A stretch of DNA of 64,000 nt from Ramazzottius varieornatus. Taxonomy: Eukaryota; Animalia; Tardigrada. The stretch spans positions 3,551,324-3,615,323 of the forward strand of contig BDGG01000001.1 of assembly GCA_001949185.1 (NCBI GenBank), read 5' to 3'. A model generated the notes under the pieces. That model did no database searches and had not been told where the DNA came from. It worked only from the letters and a program-made list of their open reading frames with translations. Below are positions 37,056 through 49,903 of the stretch, piece after piece. Position 1 is the first letter of the stretch. Each line of letters begins with the position of its first letter. The position numbers and the translations under genes were made by a program.

Positions 37056-39479
37056 CAAGGGATTAACGCCAGTCTGTCCACTCTGATCCTCAAACCAATA
37101 TGGTAGCATGACAGAGCAGAGTTTGCTCCACAAACTGAGATAAACTAAATCGGCGAAATAAAATCCTGGAAGACGCCACAGGAAGCGGAAGTGACGTCAG
37201 ATTCAGGGCGGATCACCAGTGTGACAGCAAATCAACTGATTTGATTGCCTGATGGTCGATTTGATATTGATTGAACCAGTTGCGCTGGTACTCTACGCTA
37301 AGCCAAGCGCAGTTTTGCTGTGCCTGTTGCTTCATTGCTCTTACATTCATCGCTCCGCTACTGCGTGATTTCCACTGTCGCCCGAAATGGATTCCGTTAA
37401 TCCGATGAATGTGTTGAAGCTTCTGGAGGAGGACTACAAGCAGCTCTTCCAACTGGATGGACAACCGAGCGAGGCTGATAAGCAGTTAAAGGAACTCGTC
37501 AAAAGGTATTGTACTGTTGCCGTTTACTATGGCGGACATTGATATGACATATTCCACCTTTCTGTTTCTGTTTCTGTTTCTGTTTCAGAATTTATGGATG
37601 TTAAAATCAACCGAGCAGGTAGTTCTTCGTTGGCACTTGAAGAAGACCTGTAATATGAACTGCAAACAGACATGCAGACGTTCGACGAGTTCGAGAAGTT
37701 GGTTGCTGCGTCTAATCAGCTGGCTGAACCCGACGAAAATCCTAGCCAAGAAGATAAAGTCGTCGAGCCTCTCTTCAGTGGAACTGAACCATCGTCCAAC
37801 GAATTCTATGTCCCGCGAATACCGAACCGAAAACACCCGCCAAGTAACGCAGTCACCCTCGACTACAAGAAACGCTCCGTCGATTTCTGGAGGAATGTCG
37901 CTACGAAGAAACGACGTAGTCTTTCGTGTGTCCAGACCAAGTTCAAGAAAGTCACAAGTATTCGACAACTCCAAGAATGGGAACGACATGTTGCTGAGGG
38001 CGGTTCCAGATATGATAAGCTGAAGGCGCTGCGTTTAGAGACTGGCAAGCAGTTCTTCCTGGCCAAGCAGAAGCCTCATATTGTGAAAGATATGAATATT
38101 CGACTTTGGGCTATTACTGCGAACCGAACCATTGGCCTGGTAGGTTTCACGGCGTCTCCGGACTGGGTGGGAAAGTTGAAGAGGTAAACACATTGAAGTA
38201 TTAAAATGAAATATGTATCATTGCTTACGCAGATCACTTCAACCGAGAATTTCGCTCACGAGTTACTGCGCCACACTAACGGGGTCGATATTGTAGGTAT
38301 TACGGCATCGTCGATCGGAAGATCACCAAGTTCGTGACCGACAAGTACATTCAAAAAGCTCCGCAAGTAAAGAAAACTGCGGAGGAGTGTGTCGCCCTCG
38401 TCAGATCGAGGATCTCAGATTACGGCTTGGAATGTATGTGGAACACGGATCAGTCTGGGTTCGATTACGAGATGAGACCAGGGCGCACACTGCATCTGGC
38501 CGGCGCAAAACATGTTCTTGCGATCTGTCAGTCGGAGAACTCCATGACGCATAGCTACACGGTTATAATGACCATTTCGCCCGGCACGCGCAAGTTTTTC
38601 CCACAACTGTGGATCACTCTCCAGGAGGACAAAGGCGTTTTCGGTCCTATTGTGGCAAGGACAATGTTTAAAGCTGACAACCTGTATGTCACTGCTTCGG
38701 TTCCGGGCAAGATGACAAAGAAGCTCTACTTGGAATGGTGTGAAAAGATATTGTTTTCTCATGTGGAAGATCGCTGCATTCTGCTGGCCGATTCGTGGAG
38801 AACCTATTCTGACCAGGAAGCTGTTTTGGAATTCAAGCCTGAAGAACTGGAATACGAAATGATCACGAGTCCTCCGAAAGTGACTGGTGATATCCAGCCA
38901 CTGGACAGACTCTTCTTCCGAATGTGTAAAGACTTCTTCCGGAAGATCACCAATTTCATCATTTTGCACAGCCTTCCACTTCAAGTTCATCATCGAGACG
39001 TAATCCTCAAGATGCATTCTTTGGTTTACCAACAGTTTCAGTCTCCCCGGTTTGGAGACCTAGTGAGCCAGGCCTGGCATCTGTGCGGCTATACTGACGA
39101 GTCCTTTGACTATGTAAATCCTACCGAATTCTCTTTCCCCGAAAAGTTGACTGGTCATTGCGACCATGAAAACTGCGACGACCGGCTTTTGCTCAAGTGC
39201 GGCTGGTGCAAAGCTCCTCTCTGCTTCCATCACTTCTACGATCAGTATCACCTCTGTAAAATTTATCTTCCATGAGTTCTGTGAAATTTTAGACTGTGCT
39301 AGTATAGTTGGTCATGTCATGTCGATGTAAGAATTTGACGTCACTTCCGCTTCCTGTGGCGTCTTCCAGGATTTTATTTCGCCGATTTAGTTTATCTCAG
39401 TTTGTGGAGCAAACTCTGCTCTATCATGCTACCATATTGGTTTGAGGATCAGAGTGGACAGACTGGCGTTAATCCCTTG
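37056..39479 (+). mobile_element. Tc4/Tc5-like (pogo-related) transposon, copy 1, 2424 bp
   Basis: About 144-bp near-perfect TIRs starting CAAGGGATTAACGCCA; TSD TGA (37053-55, 39480-82). Transposase 37387-39275 has NTDQSG, LADSW and QPLD (37 residues between D2 and D3) and a C-terminal C..C..CGWC..LCFHHF..HLC; an apparent frameshift and an in-frame TAA lie in the 5' part. Confidence 0.92.
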
Positions 39480-40702
39480 TGAAGCTCTGGATGACAAAAT
39501 TCGCATTCGTGGCTGAAGCCAGGCCATAATCATACCAACATCGAAGCTTCAGAAAGCTCGTAGAGAAGGTACTGGCAATTCCGATCAGCTCAAGCGACGC
39601 AGAACGCGGTTTCAGCATACAGAAAAATGTCAAGTCCGATCAAAGATCTTCCCTAAACCTTAATTCTCTAGAGGCCATCATGCGAATACGAATAAATGGC
39701 AACTACGCTTTGTTTGACGTTGATGTCGCCACCGCGCGATGGGTAGCCGAGGGACACAAAGCAGTGAGCTCCAGGAAAGAAAGAAGCTGTTACAGAAAGA
39801 ATAGACCTGTTGCCCACCTATTTCGAACACAAGCCGACTCCAACGAGGAAGAAATTACGAGGCAAATGTAGGGTTATCCGGCCACAGCATCGCTTGAACA
39901 GAATGGCGCCTCGACTCCAACTATCGACTAATCATATTGCACTGCTGCGGTCGGCAGATATTTCGGCCAAGTGATGTTGATGTTCAGTGTTTTTAATTGA
40001 GTATCATTCATAGCATGTACGGAACACCGCGTTCTTTCAGTATTCCTACGGGGAACGAGTTGCGAGGTAAAGGAAAAGACGAAGAGGAGGACGATTTGGA
40101 CGATGTCGAAACGAAGCTCGACCGTCAGGAGCGAGTCGTGACCGATTCGGTTGCTTTCGGCCTTTATATTTGACCAAGTATCCGGAATGACGACGAGAAT
40201 GATGTTATCACTTTTATCGTTACACTTTCCGTGTTTACCACTAGGTTGTACCACCGGATGAATAATAGATGGGTTCTTTGAATCATGGCTGGGTGCTTTG
40301 AATCACGTATTGGGTTCTTCAAGCACAGACTTTGTTCTTCGATATCTGTTACCGAGGTCGGCGATGTCCAGAGCACCAAGGCATAGTGCAAACACAACTG
40401 ACTAGTCTACTTTTCATTCTTACGGTCGAGCTGACAGCCACTGTGTCCGCATTAAGTCATTTACCTTGTCCTGGAAGCAAAGTGCAGCTTTACGAACGAC
40501 GGAATTCTAAAAGATTAAACTGGATGGCAGATCGGAAGAGTGAGCAATAAGAAGCACGTAATACTGCGGCAAGAAGGAACAAAAAATAAAATTTCCGAAG
40601 ACCAAGTCAAGGCAAGCGAAGTCACGTAGTATTCCACGCTACTTGAAAGGATTGGTATCGCGAAGTTCCTGTGCATATATCTGAAAAATGATAGTGCTTT
40701 GA

Positions 40703-41189
40703 TTACCGAACGAGAATACTGCTGAGTAGAACCACGGACATGTGTTGCAAACTTACGTTTCTACAACTAATCGTGGAGGACGGAGCTGGCAAAGCCAGAC
40801 GTATCTCGCTTTGCTGTGGTCGAAGTTGCGCGGGTTCCGGATGTCCATATCCCAGTCGCTCTTCCACTATAGTCTGGACGCGAGCTCGCTCCTTCGTACG
40901 GGCGTGGATCTTCTTAGATCGCCAGTAAGCCGCTGCGCAGTTGGCAACCCAAACCAACAGAACAAACCCAAACAGAGTTCCGACGGAGATGAGAGCGTTG
41001 GTAGTCATTCGACATTCTACAACACAGAACGAGACCATGAACTTCAGAATCGTAAAAAAGAAATGCAGTGATAAAAAGTAATCCACACCAGAGTTTAGTG
41101 GACATTGTAGTTCGGACAGAGCGGCTTACCGTTTTGCGAGAGCTCCGCTCAAAGGGCTGGCCTTTCGGCGGAGCTTTAGAATGAATCAT
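40703..41189 (-). CDS. Small single-pass membrane protein or 3' part of a larger gene
   Basis: Hydrophobic ALISVGTLFGFVLLVWVANCAAAYW followed by basic stop-transfer RSKK; exon structure is uncertain. Confidence 0.45.
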
Positions 41190-41652
41190 AGACCGCTTGA
41201 CTCATCGTAGAATGCTGTTCAGGCATTCTAAAAACCCTTGAACTGGGGAACCTATGGCAAGCCTGACCCTATGGCGGAAAGATCAGAGGATGGGAAACAA
41301 AGTTCATTCACATCTGACGTAATAAAAATTAGACAGGTTACCACGCCCATTGACCAATAGACAGAAAGGACGGGCCAATAAACCAGCTGCGATTGGGCGG
41401 TCAACCTATCAATGCTAATGGCTAGTATCGGTAGTCAAACATAGCAAACCAATGGCCGACCCCTAGTGCTCAGCCTAGAATGGTCAACTGCTAGCCACTG
41501 GTGGTCAATCTACCAAGGTCAATGGTCAACCACTACCCACCCACCCTGGCGATTTTACCATTGCACGACCATCTACCTTCGTACCTAGTTACCCAGCCGC
41601 GTCGCTGCCGATCGCGCAGCAGGCAGCACAAGTTATGTCATACCCTTTCGGT

Positions 41653-44608
41653 TAGAGACCGGGATCTGGCCGCGTACGCTGCACTGCGCTGCGCAGCAGC
41701 GCAGTTGCAGCGTTCATTTTGGCGTTTGTGTGCAGCGCAGCGCAGCTGCAAACGGTACAAAAAGACGGTTTTCGGTTTTCGAACTGAGAATCTCCCGGTT
41801 GGTGGCCGTTATCAAACCCTTGCTTACTAGGTGTTTTCTGCTTGCTGATAAAACACCGACTGGTCGCGCAAGCTCGCCCCGAAATAGTGTTTTGCCCAGC
41901 CGTAAAGCGCTTGGTAGTTAATCTGTCAGTGGAACCGGAAGTCTCGGAGTTCGATAAAGTTACTTCTGTAGAAAGTTTCAGCGGACTTTGTTGTGGACTG
42001 CCTTTTGTTAGCCTTGATTAAAGCTCTGATGGAGGATCACCTGTTGTCCGACGATTTTCTGGAGGAAAGTGGAGATGAAAGAGTTGCCGAAAATGCCGTC
42101 CAGAAGCGGAGAAAGTCCAGCGGGAAGATGCCTGTCAAAAGGAGATCTGTTCTGCCTTCTGAGATTCAGCTTAAAGCTAGGTAGATTTACCAAACTGCGT
42201 ACCTGTGATTAGAGCTCTAACTAATCACCGCCGATATTTACTGTACGATTTGGTTACAGAGGTATGCCGGTTGAAGAAGTGGCGAATATGGTTAAGAACG
42301 ACACATTCGTCTTACGAGCAGAAAGTTTTGGTAGCCGAAAGGGAGCTCCGTTCTGGGACACAATGAGACGCGTTGTGGATAAAGAGTCCGGCTCGACTTT
42401 GCATGCTGTAGTAGATGTAAGCAAGTGTGGAAGCATAACAGAACTGTGAATACTGATGCTCTTCATCGGCATGTCTCGAAATGTGGCGTCAAGGCGAACC
42501 AGCCCACGATTACTGGCTACCTTAAGTCACACAAGCTGCCCCTGGCCGCAAAGCAAGAAATGTCCCGAGTATGTGCTCAATACTGCGCAGTGGATGGAAG
42601 GAGCTTCGAAGAAGTAGCTGGAACCGGATTTAGAGCTCTAATAGATACCGTAATCGATGTTACGATGAAATATAGCCACGCTGGGAAGCCCACTGCTCGC
42701 GACATGCTATCCGACCCAACTACAGTGAGCCAGTACGTCGGAAAAGAAGCCAAAGCCATCAGGGAATCTCTCCTTGAGGAAGTCAAACCCATCCTACGAT
42801 TTCGCGGTGGAGGCATAACGCTTGACTTTTGGGAAGAAGAGTACACTAAAGTGTCGTACTTAGGTAAGAGGAACGGTTGATTGTTTTTGGGCAGCAGGAT
42901 TACACCATTTGTAGTCTGTATGAGTGGCATAGGGCTTTCGTTTTTGCAGGCTGTACTGTGCACTATATGTTCGGCGGATCGCAGCTCCGGGAAAGACTAC
43001 TTTTGTGTAGCGAATGGGACACCGTGGACAGAAAGACGGGCGCGGCTGTACAAAAGTTCATTTTTTGCAAACTTCGAGAAATCGGCTTGTGTGAGGAAGA
43101 TCTGAAGCTGTGCACCTTTGTTACGGATCAAGGCGGAAACATGAAAGTAGCTTTTCGTAACTCGGGCTTCGAGCGCATCAACAGCGCCGGACATCTTCTT
43201 AACACCTGTTCGCAAAACTGCCTCAAATCCAACCCGAAAAGTCAGCATCCCATGCCTGCAGAAGCCTTACCAGTTCTTGCTTTAGTTAACCAGGTCAAGT
43301 CCCTCGTTACACACTGTAAGCAAGGTGGTATCAGTCGGCAGCTTAAAACAACGTTGAAGCAACACTGCGAAACCCGGTAAGGCCGAACCAAGGCCATGAT
43401 ATTAGAGCTCCAATTCATGTTTCCAACGCCTAGTATGAACTGGAATTTATTTCTAGGTGGAGCACCCACGTCGAAATGTTTGCTTCAGTTCTGGCTGTCT
43501 ACGAGCAGCTTGAAGACATCCTTGCTGAGCGAAAGGAGTCTCATCTTTTGCCGAGTAGGCAGAAAATGCAAGAGTTTCACGACCTGTTTGAGCCTGTACG
43601 GGATGCTACATTCCTTCTTTCGGTTTCGAAACGTCCAACAATTCATCTCGTGGTTCCAGCGTATCTCGAACTGAAGCGCCACTTCAAGGATCAGGTGCCG
43701 TCTGACTTTCCGGAAATTAGAGCCTTCCAGAAACATGTCGAAAACGTTTTCAACAAGGAGCTCGAGATTGATGAGCTTCATAGAGTGGCCGTCTTTCTGG
43801 ATCCCTCCATGAAGCACCTTCAGTTCCTAACTGCGACTGAACGAGTAGCTGTTCTCAAGCGAGCGATGGAAGAAGTGCAGAAAATTCCACAGCCAGAAAA
43901 GACAGGAGCTCCGATAGTAGAAGGTAAAAGCCATAATGCCGCGCACTGAGTCGCGCATTTCGTTAAAAACTACATAGCGAAAAAAGGAGAGCTCTAATTT
44001 GTCAATACTTCTCACTGTAACATTTGGACATCAAATCTAACCTGAACAGTGATCAGTGCAGGAGAATGGCTTTTACTATTCGACTGTCGCAGTAGCTTCA
44101 AGAGGCAGTACCAAGTTCAACGTGAAAGCCTTGGCCAAGTATTCTGCCGACAATCCCATCGGAAACGAAGTCGAGCGCTATGCGAGTTTGCCCAGTCCTC
44201 CCGAAGACCAAGATGTCCTTAGCTTTTGGACAGAGAAAGAGAATGACTTTCCTCGTTTGAAGTGCTATGCGCTGCGAATCCTTTCTGTATCTGCCACTAG
44301 CATACTTTCCGAACGTTTGTTTAGCAGATCTGGAACTGCTGTATCGGAGAAGCGTACAAATTTAGCTCCTCAAACTTTAAGCGATCTCATGGTTGTCCAT
44401 TTTGAATTTGAGAATGTCTAATTTTGTATTTGGGAATTTTAAGTTCGAAATTGAACCGCAGCGCAGTTGCCTCGCACGTACAGTAAGGTGCAGCGCAGCT
44501 GCACCGTCGGTCCAGTCCAGATTCACGCAGCGCAGCGCAGTTGCCGAGTACCAGAAAAGGGCGCAGCGCAGATGCAGCGTATTGTTTGACCTGCGGCCCA
44601 GGTCTCCA
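41653..44608 (+). mobile_element. hAT (hobo/Hermes/Ac-type) transposon, 2956 bp, with frameshifted transposase 42029-44421
   Basis: 8-bp TSD CTTTCGGT (41645-52, 44609-16); ends TAGAGACC / GGTCTCCA; GCAGC subterminal repeats. BED finger split by a frameshift near 42410; ITLDFW, VTDQGGNM, ETR/W and SATSILSERLFS motifs; CxxH altered to SAGH. Confidence 0.93.
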
Positions 44609-44837
44609 CTTTCGGTCGTACCATCGTCCGACCGGCAGGGTCTTAAGAGTAATCAATTCTTTGTTAATCGACCAGCTGTTTTCGCCAGCTGATTCGTACA
44701 GATTTGATTGATCAGACACAAACTCATGATTCCGCAAAAACCGAAAAATTAGAAAAACTAGAAAAAAAATCGAGGAATCATCCTGAAAAACGGATCGTGC
44801 CGTCTGGAGCTCGAGCTTCCTCTGATGAGTTTGCGAT

Positions 44838-45071
44838 TCAGAGTCCCCTTGGGTATCTAGTAATGATGCCAAGCAATCGTTCCGTATTGTTATCGTGATA
44901 TAGGAAAGACTTTTCATCCTCCCCGTTGGCGCAGTCCTTTGCACCATCGCACATTTGCGACTCCAGGATAATTTTGAGTCCGCACTTGAAGTGCTCCATC
45001 GTATTTCGTGAGGCAGGTTGCGTTGACTGAAAACTAATGACGAGAAGAACGTAGCAGCAGAAGAGGATCAA
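44838..45071 (-). pseudogene. LDL-receptor class A module preceded by a hydrophobic segment; gene fragment
   Basis: HFKCGLKIILESQMCDGAKDCANGEDE fits the LDLa acidic consensus C-DG..DC..G.DE; there is no clear ATG and the last Cys is missing. Confidence 0.4.
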
Positions 45072-45668
45072 AAGATGGAACGAAACAGCAAACCTCAGCG
45101 ACCGAGTAAACAGATACAGTTTCCTCCGGTGTTCGATAAGCCTTAGCCTTGCTTTCTATTACAAAGTAACCTACGTTGATCAGGCAGTTCAATATAGGTT
45201 TGGACCGCTTCAGACAGAAACAAGTTCGTCTTCAGGTTGTGCTAGTGCTGTGTCTCAGACACCTTGAGATCAACAATCAAGGTTAGGACAGAGCTTTAAC
45301 AGCGCAAGCTCAGAGACACCATTCTAATTCCCACCGACCAGTCGACCGAAACAAACTTTGTTAACTCATGGTGATGAACGTGGTTTACGCAGCGGACAGG
45401 TAGACTGCTAGCTCGGAAGTCCGAGCATCCAGTCCCGATTCTGAAGTTTTCCCATACATTTCCAATCTATTAATATTCTAATTCCTACCCAAATATCCCA
45501 GGCGAACTTTCCCGGTCCTGTTTTTTGGCTGGCATTATCCCGGTCTCGTAATTCGATACTCTTTTGCCTGGGAATATTCCCGGTGTTACCGATACTAGTC
45601 CAGGTGTGCAGTAGTGCAGCCCTTGGACAGTTTGGCCTTCCGGCTACCTCACTAAAGTTACAGAGAAT

Positions 45669-46519
45669 TAGAGCCATGCAGCAGTGCTACTTCTACACTG
45701 CATCCGGTTTCGAGAAACTGCAACTGCACTGCATCTGCAATTCTGTGCTGTTTTTCGAAGTGCAACTGCACTGCAATGCATTTAAAAATCAAGAGTTTCT
45801 GTCCACCAACGGAAATGCATGTCAAACGTGAACATCGTTTTTTCACGGAGATTCAACCGAAAAACGGTAGAATCCGGCTAGAAGATGCAAAAAAGGTCGA
45901 TTTTACAACTGTTTTCTAGCCCACAACAGTATACTGCGATGAACGGTGCTCACTGTTGTTGCCTCCGATACAGGGTGATGCCCCTATTACGTAATGCTTG
46001 CAGAGCTTGGTGATCCAACCTTGCATGCGACTTGATACTCCATGTTATCCCATGTCAAACCACTTCAGGTGGTCTAACATGGGATTTTTGGGCACGAGCT
46101 GTCGTTGCGGAGCTGGTTTCTGTTCGTAAGTTTGTGTTTGAACCCTTCTGCTGAGCTTTGCCCAGTGAAGAGCAAAGTACAACATTAGTCGAGATAAGCT
46201 TGTGAATGGAATGTGACTGAGGAACAGCGAAACTAGGTCACAAAAGAAGGAGATAAGGCTATAGCATTGTACTCTGAGTCACAGGGAGTAATTCAATGGT
46301 TGGGAACTTGGAATACGCGTGGGCAACATCCCAGTTCTCGTTTTCTTCCCTTTTAGCCTGCCTCGGCGGTAACAGTACCCGTCAGGGAGCCGCCCCGCAA
46401 AGTGCAAAATTGCAACTGCACTGCAACTGCATTTTCTCACCATTTCGACGACTTCAACTGCACTGCATTGCAGTAAAATGCAGTGCAGCGCAGAACGTGC
46501 TGCATGTTGCAGGGCTCCA
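45669..46519. mobile_element. Older non-autonomous hAT element
   Basis: TIRs TAGAGCCATGCAGCA / TGTTGCAGGGCTCCA; degenerate 8-bp TSD CAGAGAAT versus CATTGAAT; repeated TGCAACTGCACTGCA subterminal motifs at both ends. Confidence 0.7.
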
Positions 46520-47122
46520 CATTGAATACGAGTCACTCCTACGGGGTTATACAGTGTATGAGCATATTGAGTGGGAGCAGCGAAGTCGGTCCACCGCTCG
46601 TCGTGGGCCAAGACGGCTTCTCAGGTGGGCCCAGAACGAAGATTGGGCCTTGTATGCTGGGCATTGAGATGCGCCACAAGGTGCACTGCCCAGTATAAAG
46701 AACAACACGCTCAGTCGATCTTCAGTTCATGCACCTTGCCCACCTTGTTCACCAGTAACGGAACAACAAAGTGGCTTGCCATAGCCTCACCGAAATGTGG
46801 CAGGGAGATGGGGTATTCAGTCTGTCGGCCCTTCGCGGATTGATTGGAAATCTGGTTGATTCACCTATTTCGAACGTTAAAACAGGCAGATATCGCGATG
46901 CTTGTTCCGAAGCCATCCCAGCACTTATTGTATTATTCTGACCTTACAATAGTCCAAAATGATGCCAAGATCTGGATCTTTTATATGAAAGACGAAAGTC
47001 GGAAGTTGATTACTGGCCGAGACCACGTGCAAAACTCAAACTTTTGTTGTCGAAACAGGCACGGTTTTCTAGTGAAGTGCGTGAGGTTAGTGTACGTCAT
47101 CGGCCACTTGAACTCATCCTAA

Positions 47123-49453
47123 CAAGGGATTAACGCCAATCGGTTCCCTCTGACGAGATTCAGGATGCGCCGTCTGATAGAGGACAGTTTCCTCCACAGA
47201 TCAAGCTAAACAAAAGGTGCTAAAAGAAATCCTGAAATTAATTATGGGAAGAGGAAGTTAAGTACAAGTTTGCCGCTGGTGACGTAAACGGCAATCTTGC
47301 TTTTCGATCTACAGTCCGCACTATTAAAAACTCTGCCAAGTGTCAATACAAATCAAGGAATATATAGTTCACAGAGGTGGTAGACATCGTAGAAATGGGA
47401 CAAGCAAAGAGGACCCTTGCACCAACCGCAAATCAATATGACAGTGTTTTTACAGTTTTCGTGGAAGCAATGACTAGTCAACTTATCGAAGCAAAACTCG
47501 GCAGGGTTGACATGTCTAATCCATTCATCTGTGTATCCGGATTGGTATCAAGCTGCGGGAACGAGAATCTCAAATCTAGGAGACTGCTGATAGATTAGCG
47601 AATGTAATTTGAGTAGTACATCCCTGTGATGCATTTGGATAGGTAGGTTGTGCAGAATCACAAAGTTAGAATTCTTTTTGAAGAATCCTTTGTACATTCT
47701 GAAAAACAACATCAAGAGGCTGAATATCTCCGGTCACTTTCGGTGGGATTCGAAGCATTTCGTATTCCACGTTGTCAGGTGTGAGTTCCATCACAGAGTC
47801 TTGATCGTTAAAAGTTGTCCAGGAATCAGCCAGCAGAATGCACCGGTCCACCATATGAAAAAAAGACCTCAGCACACCATTCCAAGTAGAGATTCTTAGT
47901 CATCTTTCCTGATGTTGTAGCCGTTACGTACAAATTTTCAGCTTTGAACATTGTGCGAGACATAATTGGCTCAAATACTCCCTTTGGTTCTTGCAACGTC
48001 AGAAAAAGCTTTGGAAGAAACTTGCGAGTTCCCAGAGAAACAGTCAACATTACGGTGTAACTATGAGTCATTGAGTTTTCGGACTGGGTTATACCTTCTA
48101 CGTGTTCAACATCACAAATATCCAACGTACGACCAGGTCTCATCTCATGTTCAAAACCTGACTGATCCGCATTCTACAGACAGTCCACTCCGTAATCTGC
48201 AATCCTTGATCGGACGAGAGCTACACAGTCGGCGGCGCTCTGTTTCACCTTTAGAAGATCCTTGATGGACTTTTCAGTCACAAACATTGTGATCTTTCGA
48301 TCGCAAATACTGTAATACCTGAAATAATTAATTAACTGATTAATTTTAACGATAGATGACAAATCTATCGCTGCAAACTGATACGAAAATTTACCATTTT
48401 GGTTTTTCAGTCCAGTCAGTAGACGCTTTGAACCCCTCCAAACCCATGGCCCGATTTGCTGTAAGTGCCCATCGACGCTGATCCAGATTCTTGACCATAT
48501 GCTTCCTCTTCTTCGCCAAAAAGAACTGCTTTCCAGCTTCCAGTCTAAGCGCTTCCAGCTTGTCCATGCGTGAACCACCAGCTTTCACATGCTTCTCCCA
48601 ATCTTGTAATTGACGGACACTGGTTACTCTTGTAAATCGATTTTGGACTGCTGTAAGACTGCGTCGTTTTTTCGAAGTCGCGTGTCTCCAGAACGCAACC
48701 GAAAGTCAATCATCTGACTGGGTTCGGCTCTTGAATCTGGAATCTTTGGAACGAACAGTTCATGTGAGGAAGGTTTAGTACCGCTGGAAGAAGGATCGGT
48801 CGTCACGTTGTCATCGAACTCCGCTTCGTCAGGAGCGCTCAACAAGTTGAAGCTAATGATAGACTTCTTAAAATTCTCGAATGTTGCATGATCAATTTGC
48901 AGATCACACTGGTGACCTTCTTCGATTGCTCGTAGGGGTGTGCAACGTTCTCGTCAATTAAACCTAGACAGTGACAGGTTAGTACCAACTTCCGACATGG
49001 TTTTGACAATAATTTCGATTTGAGTTACATAATCAGTCTTACCCTTGAGGACTTCCTTCAACAGCTTATCAGCTTCACTTGGGGCATCGTCAAGCTGGAA
49101 AGTCTGTCCATAATCCACTTCGAGAAGCTTGAGAACATCCATCGGGTTGACGGCGTCCATGTTTCACGGAAGACTCTTGCAAAGGAAAAGATGCCACTTG
49201 AAGGTTGAAAAAGATCAGTACAGAGCAGCACTCAATCAAAGGCAAATCAACTACCGAACAATCAAACTTTTTGATTTGGCCATGACGTTTACGTCACCAG
49301 CGGCAAACTTGTACTTAACTTCCTCTTCCCATAATTAATTTCAGGATTTCTTTTAGCACCGTTTTTTTAGCTCGATCTGTGGAGAACACTGTCCTCTATT
49401 AGACTGCGCATCCTGAATCTCGTCAGAGGGAACCGATTGGCGTTAATCTCTTG
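47123..49453 (-). mobile_element. Tc4/Tc5-like transposon, copy 2 (decayed transposase), 2331 bp
   Basis: About 165-bp TIRs starting CAAG(G/A)GATTAACGCCAATCGG; TSD TAA (47120-22, 49454-56), target CTAAG. Fragmented ORFs match copy 1 (MRPGRTL, QSENSMTHSYTV, ILLADSW, PPKVTGDIQPLD). Confidence 0.92.
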
Positions 49454-49903
49454 TAAGTTGGAGTTTGATGGCGAAAGTTTGAGTTTGCCTCGGAACGCGA
49501 GGTAACTCTGCAATGTGCATCGCGTATTTTTGTCTCCGGTCGGAAAGCTGCAACACTCGGCACCATTTTGATCTGTAACTTTGGTTTTTTGAAGCAGGGA
49601 GACCCTGGATCAATGAGGAAATGTGACTGTGTGAACAATCGAAGTTTACAAGTGACCAATCAACAGTTGTCTACAATCAAGCGAACATTATGTTTCTGTG
49701 CCGCTAGCACAGCCTCGTACGCCGAATACATAATCAAGGCCGTGCTGTAGCGAATCGTTATGGCGTACCGTGGGCTTGCAGAAAGCAAATTTTCATTCTG
49801 GAACGTCATAGGTGCTCAAAACGGGGCAAACTCAGCTGGATTTACCGGTTGTCGAACCTAACGAAATGGACCTGCGACCAACCATCCTCATACGCTTTGT
49901 ATG

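Larger units (their letters stand above)
31178..39871 (+). pseudogene. Decayed hAT transposase (ZNF862/TTF-zinc-finger type) interrupted by three younger insertions
   Basis: MDLRKYF start, WLSY..KDKIFCVAC zinc finger, LIADESTD, FVSDGASVMTG, IHCMAHRLEL, TRW and C-terminal LAIPISSSDAERGFS; several stops and frameshifts. Element ends (about 30863 and 40400) are not securely identified. Confidence 0.85.

Noticed and set aside
30863-40400. Exact TIRs/TSD for the outer hAT element (CAGTGTGT... / ...ACACAACTG)
   Set aside because: The match needs gaps and the 8-bp flanks agree at only 4 of 8 positions, so the boundaries are left tentative.
41422-45599. 12-bp inverted match CTAGTATCGGTA / TACCGATACTAG suggesting a larger enclosing element
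   Set aside because: No target-site duplication and no further similarity; could be chance or separate relics.
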